DNA of 64,000 bases from Fimbriosthenelais zetlandica. Taxonomy: Eukaryota. The translations under genes were made by a program, and so were the position numbers. Shown piece by piece: positions 38,658-50,300 of the stretch. The notes under the pieces were generated by a model that was given only the letters and a program-made list of their open reading frames with translations, made no database searches and had not been told where the DNA came from. The stretch is from contig OZ365112.1 in assembly GCA_977030845.1 (NCBI GenBank), positions 6,448,001 to 6,512,000 of the forward strand, given 5' to 3'. Every line of letters begins with the position of its first letter. Positions within the stretch are counted from its first letter, which is position 1.

Positions 38658-39726
38658 ATTGGGAGGGCCACCTGCGGCAAGAAGCATATTCCATGTCATG
38701 CAGGCCAGAGAATGCCACAAGTACAAAACAAACAGAGGAGACACCATCTCCGCTAGGAGCGTGCGTGTGTCTGTGTGTGTGGGCAGAGAAAAGGTAACCT
38801 TCAACAATGACAAAACAAAGGCTCCATCTGTCTGATGCAAATTACTGACACAAATCAATTACATCAAGAGGTTCCCGATAATAAGAAAAGCTTTCTTCAA
38901 ATGCTTCTCTTATTTGGGCAAAGGGTCTTTTGGTCAATTGCATCAAAGAAGTTTCCAAGTAAAAATGGGGTTTTTGTTACAGCTGAAACAATTGGAGTTG
39001 AATTGGAGAACTGACAATGCAGCTAGTACATACATGTACATGTGTCAAGATGATAATTATAATCAGTTAGATTTAAAATCAAAGAGATGGATATTTTGTT
39101 CTAAAATATAGGAACAAAGTGAGACAAATTGCTAAGAAGATATCGTTCTACCAAGTACGATTCCGGTGCAACCAGGTTATAAAGCAGACTGATATCTTGT
39201 ATAAATTAGGAAAGGCATTCATTGCGATGCATATTAATTGCTTCTCCCAAGCAGAAGACGAAGCATGACACACCAAGTGACAGTCGTCCAGAGCTATCCG
39301 TTAATGAGGTATTAATATTCTATACAATCATGGCATCTTATCAATATCAGATCAAAATTAGTCGGTATAAAAGAAGAAGAAATCCATATAGGTTTCCCAC
39401 CTCCTAATTACCTTTCTCCTTTTTGCGGGAAAAACATGGCATGTAATCAGAAAAAAATTGCATTGCTTTATTACATACCCTAATAGCATCTAAATGAGAA
39501 TGATTCTTCAACTTTTAAGTGTGAATGACAGCAATATTTCATTGATAAAATACATTTATGTTACGCACTGATTATTAACTCTTGAACACTCATAGTATGT
39601 GCCATAAATGTAGTATGTGCACATAATTCACTCGGACAGAAAATGTTGATAACGAAAATCTTTTATCCACGGTGCATGATAGATAGAAATAGGGTAAATT
39701 TTGCCCATTTGGCTGGAGATCAGTCG

Positions 39727-39808
39727 GAGGCGGAGCTGTGTTGTCGCCGCGCAGACAGGTAGGGGGACGGGATGTGATTACACTGTTGATACCAGCCGCC
39801 TATATAAG
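39727..39808 (+). promoter_or_regulatory. Possible Pol II core promoter (GC box plus TATA box)
   Basis: GAGGCGGAGC at 39727-39736 and TATATAAG at 39801-39808. ACC-ATG at 39896 opens an 88-codon ORF. The evidence is motif-only. Confidence 0.25.
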
Positions 39809-42800
39809 GGCCTGAGGGCAACAAGCCAATGTTTGCCCTGTCCTCCCCAACCCCCACCCCCAGCCAACACCGACCCCCAACCCACAGAACCGACCATGTC
39901 TAATGCTGAGTGTCAAATAACTGACAAAAAAGTAACAGATATTGGAAAGCTTTTACTCGTGTTCGCAAGTAGGGACGTATTTGTTAGTCAGATGTCAGGC
40001 ATATGGTTTTCTAAGGGCCAGGGCACATTTCATTTCTCATTTGTCAGGAATGGCTGGTTAACATCAGCACTGAAAAGCAGGGACATTCGAGTGAGAGTAT
40101 CTGGAAATAACTGGATAAATTCAGCCATCAGCCATCAGGGGCCTGTTTCAAAAGGAATATAAGCAATGCTAATCTATGGCTATTTGATTTGAAACAGGCT
40201 CCAGATCAGATATAACTTATTATATTGAAATAATAAGGTTTTCCGAGGAATCACCTGCATTTTTTATACACAGAAATCTGATCTTGTCGGGGACTTGTTG
40301 CCAGGTGTGTGTGCTAATCATCTGGATCATCAGCTGTTCGCCGGGCCTTATACAATTTTCTGATTGATCATTCTTTGTCTGTGCCCTTCAAAAGCTGGAG
40401 CTGGCGTGAACAATAGCTCTCCTCACAAGACAATTTCCTTTACATCAGCCTCTTCATCTACCTGCTAATTCCCACTCACGACCTTGGCCACTCCCAACAT
40501 GTCCATCATTCAGTGAATCAGAACAGTTGGCAGTCTTCTAAATTGAGACAAGCGCAAATATGTCAGGTGAAACTCTTGTACATGGACATCAGCAGTAGCT
40601 CCCGAAAAAGGAAAAGGAAAAAGGGAAAAGACACAATTACTTCAGCATGAAGCAACTGCACTGATGTACAGGGGACCTGCTTGCCCATGGGATAACGACC
40701 ATATGTGAACCAAAACACGACATACTCAAAGCAACATACATTTCCTAAGTGGCTACATAGGGAACTCCCAGATACATATCCGCTTTGGTCTTTGTTTATT
40801 TTTTCAATGCATCTTGCTTTTTCCACTTGGTGATATGATTTTTCCTGTTTCAAGATCGGATTGTTTTTCTATCGTTGGCCGAAATATAATAGAAAATATG
40901 ACACGATAGTGTGTCACTAGCTTTCAGTGAGTTCACACATAAGCGCAAGAGGTGCAACAGCGAAGTGCATGCATGGGAGATTCTTATTTGGCGAGTTTGT
41001 ACTTGTGTTAACAATAAATGCAGATGTAGTTTACCTCATAACTGAGGGAAAAATGTGAAAAATATATCCACAAAGAATCCTCCTATTGTATAATGTATTG
41101 TGTATCCTATGGCCATGCCGGGTTATGTGAACAGAAATCAAAGGTTCTTTTTCATAAGCCTATAATATTATAAGTAGCGGATGGAACTCGCTCAAGGTGC
41201 TATAAAGTTATAAGCATGTCTGCACTGCCTTTAAATATGGGTCGGTTGAGTATCAATGGGTCTGGAGAGCTGAGATGGCATGGGTTTAAAGGTTCCATGA
41301 ATAAAGGCATATAGATGGGAGCATTATTTTCCGCACCATTAGCATGGGATTCTCCCAGGAAGCTGTAATGATTGATCATTTGCCTAGATGGTGGAGAAGG
41401 CCACCATGCATGCCCCCCTACCCCCACCTCCTCCCCTGGGTTCATTGCCATCATTAATAATCCCCGCTTTGATCAAAAGCAAGCGTGACTATCACTCAAG
41501 CACTGATCTTAAGCTCAAGTCTCTCCTTAGCTTTCCTCTCGAGTTTTCTCGAAAAAAAGGTCTTGATCCAAAGTCTTGTATTTCTTTACACATGATGAGT
41601 AAATCCTTTTGATGTAGGATATGATAAAGACACGTGTTAGCCCTAGTGAGCTTTATAAACAACATCTCCAGCTCCTTACTGAAGCAGGTGGCTTCCTATA
41701 CGATCTCCCTACACCTCTTATGATCTGCTATTATAACAATGAAATCTCATTCAGGCATGGCTATGTGTGCAATACTCATTAACAACAATATCCACCAGTA
41801 TAGTTTCTATACACATCATATACCGTAATAGATTATAATAGGGAATTAATAAAATTAAGAAAGGATCAAAGCACATTATGCCTGGTCTATTTAAGCATCC
41901 ACAGCCGTCTCATTTTTCAGGGATTGCCCGCTGGGCAATCCTCGGTCAGTATGTCGACAAGTGAGAGTTTATAAATCGTTCTGTCCACCTGGTTCAGCCC
42001 GGGAGGCAATTAAAACGGCTTATTGCCCTCGAAAGCTGATTTGTGGCCTGGCCTTTCAGCGTGGAATAGATCTGAACAAGCTCAGCCATCCTTAGCACAG
42101 TTTTCCTGAAGAAGGCCATAAAAGGGAAGGATAAAAAGAAGATCCTAAAGATCAGATGCTCATTTGCTACCTACACCATCCTGATTCCCATTTGGTGAAA
42201 GGCGCTGCTCGCAAATTAGTATAAATGTATATTGTGTAGCGGATAATGTTGAGCGGAAAATGTCTTGATGCTGTATTCGACATACAAGGTTCTATTTACT
42301 GTCTTTTCTACAGGGGACCATCAGCCTTTATCTACAATACCTCACAATGATTTCCCCTCAATTTCTGCCTCTCAATTAAATTCAATGCCAGGATCGATCA
42401 TGAATAACATTATTCATTTTTGATAGATTCAAGTAGAGGAAATCTACAAATTACATGTCATCTAATTGGTTTTGAAAGGAGATAGAATGAGGATATATGT
42501 GAATGGAGTACCGTGTAATAGGTTGAGCATTAACCGCCATTAGAACCCATCATATGCTGATTGCTTCTAATGGTAGCAACATAACCCGAAGGCAAGCGGT
42601 CACAAAATGAGAAAACTTTACATTAATCCTTAATGACTTTCAGTGTTTGGACTCAAATCACTTGGTTTAAAGGTTCCCTATTAAGGACATGAAACTTGTA
42701 TTGTCCTTCACGACAGAGGTGCATGCCAACAAGCATTCCAGATGCTGATGTTTAGTCAATCATTAATGGCTTTGTTTCCAAGACAATTAGTTTTGTCATG

Positions 42801-43669
42801 TTGTGTTAAATCTAGATAGGATGGGGGTGTTCCTCAAATGCTTTGCTCAATACCGCCTCCGGACACGTTTCGATCGAACATGCCAAACTTTTGAAACTAA
42901 AATTGTTATAGCGTTGGCGATATAAAAAGAAGGGACAGGCGGAAATGCCATCTAGTCATTAAGTCGTCATTCATTTCCATTTCACCTCTTTGCCCTCAAA
43001 ATTCTGTGACCTATTATATTGTAATGTGGCTTATGCTTCCTGTTCAGCCACTTAAGGCAGAGCTGGGACATACATTGGATTCTTCTCAATTTAATAACAT
43101 TATATATATCAGAAAATTCCGGAAATTGGGATTTGTAATAAGTGCAACACCTCAAAGAAAGTAGACATAATGAGAGCCTAAAGCAACCACGTAATTTAGC
43201 GATAATTTGATAAAATTGACTTCCTGCATTAATGCATTTGGAGACATTAATTTCCTCCTCATGTTATGTGGAACAGGAATGATTTTTTGTCATTATTCAT
43301 TGGCTTTGCTCGGTTATCAATTCCAACAGTGGAATGGGACACGTTTTAGACTATTTGATATATAGGGATAAAATGAAAGTTACTCACACTTACTGCATAC
43401 ATGGGGGACACAGTATCTGCGTGCATATCAACCATTAACTTTTAACTCACCTGAAAGTGAAAAAAAAGACAAGAGTTGCATTACAAGCATGATGAGAGAG
43501 ACTAGATCTATTGTCACATGAAACATTAACAAGGAGGGAATGGTCAACGGTTGACTAACATGCACCATCTATAGTCTACATCAACAGTTAATACTGAATA
43601 AAATAGATCTATACTCTTCAGGCATAACAAGCAAAATGCTTATGAATTACTGAATCTCTAGCCTACTAA

Positions 43670-43880
43670 AGCTGGGACTCCACTGCTGCGATTTTGCTTG
43701 CAACACTACTGCGACAAAGGTGATGCTTGTGAATTTGTGTAAGAATAAAATTTATAAATTGTGGTTCTAGTGTCCAAGGCCTTAAGGCCGTCCTCCAATG
43801 GTAAATTTATCATTGAAACACAAGCATCACCTTTGTCGCAGACGTGTCGCAAACAAAATCGCAGCAGTGGAGTCCCGGCT
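43670..43880. mobile_element. PIF/Harbinger-type MITE (211 bp, 62-bp TIRs, TAA target-site duplication)
   Basis: The left TIR (43670-43731, AGCTGGGACTCCACTGCTGCGATTTTG...GATGCTTGTG) and right TIR (43819-43880) match at 57/62 positions. TAA lies at 43667-43669 and 43881-43883, around an AT-rich 87-bp core. A 3-bp TAA/TTA TSD is characteristic of PIF/Harbinger elements. Confidence 0.8.
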
Positions 43881-46800
43881 TAAATACACAACATTTTAGT
43901 TAAATTTATTTGGGGACGAAGGATAACATATTTGGAAAAATCGCAGGTGTCAGGAACCTCTGTGAAGTAGAGCCATATAACTAAACTCAGTAGTTTATTT
44001 TGCCGAACTAAACAACTAGTGAGGTTTGCTTTTGCCAGAGGAACATAGAGACATACATACTGTATGTTCTCCCATCATCTAGGAAAGTGTTCCATCAAGT
44101 GGACACTTCATTCCCCCCTCCAGGCAATGTGAATTTCCCATTCCCTCATTGTATCAACAAATGTTTTTCCTTTATACAAAATCAAAGCTCGATAGGAAAG
44201 GCTTGGAAGGGACGATCAGGACCTAAAATAGCCATGGGAACCTGGGGAAATGTGTTGAGAGGAGGAAATGGAGTTCGCAAATCCCCTTTCTCCCCTCGGG
44301 CAGAGTGGCTCCTCAACCAGTAGTGGGCCTCCCAAGTGAGCTGCTCTTCAAAGTATGTTTTGTCAGACTTTGCTGTCTGAGTGGGAATTTGTAAGGAGGA
44401 TCACTGGCCATGGCCACCAGGAATATTACCTTTCTCCATGGAGTGAAGGGTGGCCAGTGTAAGGGCAATGTCCTTTTTCAGTGGGGGCATGATGAGAGGC
44501 ACTACTCGGCGAGCGAGCCATTAGCAACCGATACTATGTGCCTTCCGTGAGACGCGCCTTAACGTCAGATGGAATTACTCATAGTAATGTCACTCTCTGA
44601 GCAATTAATGACATTTGTCATTCTTCATGGTGCTATACAAGCCCTCTTGAAATGCATAGGTCATGGCCGTCAGGGCTAATGAGCAGTGACAATCCGTACA
44701 TGTGGAGGGTTTGAATGCGACCCCCTACTCCATCTGGGCCAATACATAATGGAATGCAAGACCAGGTGAGTGGATGGCCATCTTGGCCAGTGTGGGCGTC
44801 TTGACCGAGCACTGAGCTGCTATAGTAGTATCATTAAGGAAGTGACCAGCTTATGGCTTTTCCTATTGGGAGAGGTGAGATGCTTGGAGGAATAGCGGGG
44901 TAGGATTCACATTCCTGAACTGTATCAACTGCAATGGGAAATGATGGTCTTTTTGAAACCAATTGAACCAGACCTTACATGCTTAGCAAAGTGCATCCAC
45001 TTTGTTGGGTAGTACTCAGCAATGATCAGCAAAACTAGGTCAACTTCTTAACTGATTATCTACTGATTTAGGAGAAGTCCTGTCCCAACTCCGGGCTATC
45101 AAGGTACTGCTCATCAACGTGTCAACAGCTGATGTCCAAGATTAACTTAAAGGTTACACCAGAGAAATGCAATCCTCATCCTTGGATGCATACAAGTTTT
45201 TTTAAGCCCAAACTTAAAAGCTGAAGCAAATATTAGTTTCACATCAACATATTTTGCGGGACTTCCCTACCATAATTCCCTGTTCAGTAGACATCGTAAT
45301 ATGTCAAATATTCACATGTAAAAGGATGGGAAAGCAATGTAGTGTGTGGAAGGTTTAAAAGAATCGAACACAACATTACATAGTGCCAGTCTGCGAGTCC
45401 CTATTAGCTAACTGGACAGGTACAGTATACACATAGGTCCTGTTTATCATCCGGCTAATATGCAATCTGGGTTTATCCAGGTGCTACACCAGCTGAGATC
45501 CCACCTATGCTATCCCCCCCGGACTGGAGAAACCAATAAAAACCGGCTTGGGGTGTATAGAGCCTCAGCGTATAATAGGACCCCTCCTGAATGTTTATGT
45601 ACTATTTCTTACTCATTTACAGTGCAGTCATGTGTACTGCCTTTCAGACAGGGCTGCGTACTTTTTTGTTGCATGCCACCGATATACACTCCTTTAGAAG
45701 TATACTTTGAAAAGTTTTTGACGGATTAGGTCTGCTTAAATTCAAGCCTAAGTCTGATATCTATCAAAGATATTTCAATTTGTACTAAGACCATAACACT
45801 GATTTCTTCGTAATTATACTTCATTGATATGTCTTTCAGTGCATAGCAAGATGACTCTGCAATCAACAATTCTCTTATAGTTGTTATTTTGATTTCTACG
45901 CATGTTCAGATAATCCTAATGTCAAAAAAAGCAATTGCTTTTTTGCTGCAGGCATATATGTACCCTCATCTAAAAGGGGATGTTCTTTACTATTAATACA
46001 AGCTGATCTAGGTTATACTGAAGGCAAAAGAGATTCAGAACCATGTAGGCGCCATGGCCCGGCTCACATGCGAACTCCCTTTGTACCTTCCCTACCCCTC
46101 CATCCCTCCTCTTTTGCTCTATTCCAAATTGCTTTCACATAAAAGACTACACTAGGTACAATCTGCTGTGGGATCTGGGTCGAGGCGAGTCCAACAGATA
46201 TATATAGGGCATCATTTGTTTAATTCTAGACTCCTCTTGAGTAGATATTTCAGTTGAATCTTAACGTTTACGCCCAGCTCCTTTTCAATATGATCTGGCA
46301 CCTTCTAGATTGTTTTGTCCACTTAGAACCATATCTTTTACCCTGCATCTCTGCTTAGAAATGTTCAGGGTTCACTCTATCTGAGCGCTGGTGATCGCTG
46401 CACGTCAATTGTCAATTCCAGATCTTGGAGGGTAAGGGTGAGGAAGGGAGAGGACAAAGAGAGGGAGGACATGGAGTCATCTTGTACATGACCTCATTTA
46501 GTGAGGATAAGGAGTTGGTGTGACTGGGTGATGGGGGTGAGTAGCTCTAGATGTCAGGGGGGTAAGTAGTGGGGCCGGCGGTTGAGTTGGTGGGGAGCTA
46601 GTGCTTTATTACATAGAGCCCAGGTGAGCCAGACAGGTAAGCGCTGTCACGCAGAGAAAGCAGATTACCACCAACTTGGGGGCATTGCAAATCATTTAAC
46701 AAACTTGCCAGGGCGCTTCTGAGCACCTCCACTGTATCGACTAACATCGGTAGATGTGCTCACTAGAAAAGACAGCATGGGCCAGACGATTGTTCCCACC

Positions 46801-47292
46801 GATATCATTAGAAAAGTATATAGACATGCCGATGTTACAAGGCTCATGCTTTTAGGACAGATTGCGACCTTTTGCTGAGGCGGTTATATTTTGTTGGACA
46901 ACTCAGCATTCTTGCACGCTGAGGCTTATCCCTGCAGCGATATTGCAAATGATATAAATAACTCCTGCCTTTGCAATTATTGTGATGCTGCAAGTTGTGA
47001 GTGCTCGGCTGACAATGTTCAGTATCACAACTCAACAATCAGATAATTTGAAATGAAATTTAATGTATTAGAGTCATGCTATTGGAAGCCATAAGAGCTG
47101 CACTAGGAATTGGCAAAGTGAAATAGGAGCAAAGGCTTTTAACACTTATAAACTGACATCCGTATTGTATAGAATAACACTGGACCGATCCGAGTCATGC
47201 TCAGATAGAGCTGTATAACACTGCGAGTGAATAGTATCTCTAGATATGCTACTTAACTATATAGCTAGGCCCTGGCTGGGCAAAAATGAGTC

Positions 47293-47399
47293 AATGAATG
47301 AACGAATGAATGAACGGATTAATGAATGGACGGATGGGTGGATGGATGAATGGATGGAAGGATAGATGGATGGATAGGTGGATAGATGGATGGATGGAT
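47293..47399 (+). repeat. Compound imperfect microsatellite, (GAAT)n grading into (GGAT)n
   Basis: AATGAATGAACGAATGAATG...GGATGGATGAATGGATGG...GATGGATGGATGGAT, read directly from the sequence. Confidence 0.9.
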
Positions 47400-50300
47400 A
47401 TTACCGTACCAAAGAGCTAATAGGACAGGCTTGGAATCTGACAAACGCAACAGAATTCTTGCTGGCATGTCACCAAAGTTGCTCTATTATTAAGCTCTAT
47501 TATACAGCAACAGGGTGAAAAAATAGCCCAATGTATAACGGAGGAGGATATATTAGATGATGGGCAAGCTAAATTCATCAAAAACTGAGCTACATGCTCC
47601 TCAATGATCAACTTATTCCTATTTCCACGGTTATTTCATTACAAAACAAACCAAAATATAAGAAAAATAGCTTGTAAAGATTATCAGTTAATAGGGCAGC
47701 CAGACAGACAGCCAACCTCAGCCAAATCTATCATATCGAGCCAGGATACAGCAAACTATTACCAATGATAGGCCCTGACTTAGAAATGTCAATATATCCA
47801 TAAACAACAGCTCTCTCCTCCCAGTCCATCTCTTCTCCCGTTAAATAAACGGCAGGGCTAACATTGACCATATTTTCCACGGTTGTGATCCCGGGCTTTG
47901 GGTTGGCTAAGAGTACCATGTCGTCCATGGATGTGTGGGGAAGGGGTGGGGGCATGATGGGTGGTGAGAATGCAGGGAGAAGTGGGTTACATGTGGGGCA
48001 ACAACGATCTTCTTTTTGCGGCTTTCAGATGTTGGGTGGTTGGCGGAGGGCTGAACTGAAGTAAAAAGGCAGCAGGGATGGGTGGATGAAAGCTGGGGTG
48101 TACAGACCAATCATTATTTGCTGGCTTTATATCCTCCCATGGCTTTTTCCTCGTAGTTCTTGGTCAAAGCGAGATCGATGGTGATTCGCCAACGTGGTAA
48201 TTTTGCCCACATTAAATGCTATCTACACCGTGCAACAAGAAGCCAGTGGACGGGCTGGAGGATATTGGAGGTGGAATTTAGGACAATCCATTAGGGTTTC
48301 ACTTCAAATTAACCCACAATAAGGGCTAAGAGTTGTTATTTAGCGGTTAATCATGCGTCAAGAGTTATATTTATCAGATATGGAATAAATGTATCATGAC
48401 ATCATACGCTTCTGGGTGGGCTAAATTTACCTCACATTCAAATTATGCCATCACCAGCTGATATAAGAGAATGGTGAGCAACCTCTCAGGGCATTGGTAA
48501 AATTGAATGTCAAAACTCATTGGATTTTATTAAATATTCCTGGAGCTTCAGGAGCAATAGATTCGGATGAATTCCAAGAATACCAATTTCAGCTTTCAAA
48601 ATTAACTTTTAAAATTACAAACATCATTATTAGTAGATATTAATAGCCAAGGCTTTCATAAATAATTAATATTATTTTTATGAAAAATGAAACGATGACC
48701 ATGCTGACACCTGATATTGGTAATTATAATCAAAATTCAATATGTGGCAAACTTTCCCCGATTCAATATCATTATTAGAATTTCTAATATAACATCATTA
48801 ATCTAATTAATATCAACATCCGAACATGATAGAAAAGATTATCATCTGATATAGACATTTCACGAGTCATTTTCTCCGCTAATTGGAAGTTTGTCCTATT
48901 CCAGTGTAATAAATTCCCAAAAGCCATCAACATTTTTCCTGCCAAAAACACTGCAACTGAGTCATAACTCTTTTTTCTAAGCTTCCTACCCATAATTTTC
49001 AAGCATTTCCTAATTATGGCGGATCACCGGGAGGTCGTTAACCCCTGACGCTTATTAATGGACATTTCTTGATTAGGGGGCGAAAATACATATGATTTAT
49101 TCTATATCTGCTATATATACTGGTCGGGGATTAAATAAATCGTCCCTGCGAAATACACCCACACGACTTGGACACGGGAGGCAATTAAACAGGAAGGTTT
49201 GCTGAATGCTCTCATTGCTAACCTATAAATTATAAGCCAGAACTAGCTTTGGAATACCGCATAATCAAAATAACAAAATAATGAAAAAGTCCGTATTTAA
49301 ATTGACAAACATGTACATTAACTAAACAAAAAATACACCTTGCAGATTATCAATATGTTCAGTGCCGCAGTTTGGCATTTCGAATGGAATCTGAGATTGG
49401 CAGATAAAGGGAAACAGTATCTGGTTTGTGTCTACTCATTAACTGCCTATGAATCCGCTTCAAACACAGTATTCTATCTTATTCTATGGCCACTGGTGAG
49501 ATGATGGGAGCCTGAGTGAGATAGTGAGAAGTCCAGGCATATTTAGTGTACCATATACAACTACTAGATAGAGTGATGATGTGAGAGAGTGGTGGAAAGG
49601 TTGTTATAGTCATTTACAGAATGCAGTGCTGAAGTACCATGTTTTCTATTGAGACAATTTATCCCATCGCCAATTTTCAACTCACTGGTTCCTTCTTGGA
49701 AAAGGATCACCCAAGTCATTAGCTTACTACCCATGAGCGCCTTGGAGGGAAAAGAAGTAGTTTGGAAGGAGAGGAGGAGTATTTTCAAGGGAGAGAGTTA
49801 GGAGGGGGAAGAGTTGGGGGCAAGGAGGGAGAGAGGAAAGAAGGGGGTATGGAAGTGAGGGTGTTGGCATGGCTCTTGGGGGCTTTCATGTAAACAGATT
49901 ACTGTCGCAATAAGGCATCAGCTCCACCGGATATCCCCTGCCCTGCAATTTGGTTCTTGTCACTCTCTCCACCAGGCGCATCTCAACAGGAAAATTGGCA
50001 GAGCTTATAAAACCTTGCCAATGAAAGGTTTCGTTAATTATCAGCAAGGCAAAGCGGGATGGTGAAAGCTGGTGAGAAAGTCCTTATCAGCCTGCGGGTG
50101 GGGTTTCAACAACTGTCAGGCGGAACCGCCGCAAGCTTTCACTCCGAGGCTATTCACACTGGAATATCAAGCACAATGGCAGAACCTCTTGGATTTTAGG
50201 AAAAGAGGAGAAAAGCAGGAGGAAAAGCTTCATGAGGCCTATCTCTTAAGGTAATTAGGTCCACATACACAACAAGGCCCCATTAAATCTGATTTAATGA

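Noticed and set aside
41921-41941. 9-bp perfect hairpin GGATTGCCC-GCT-GGGCAATCC
   Set aside because: It is isolated, with no paired terminus, U-tract or RNA-gene context, and is plausible by chance in 64 kb.
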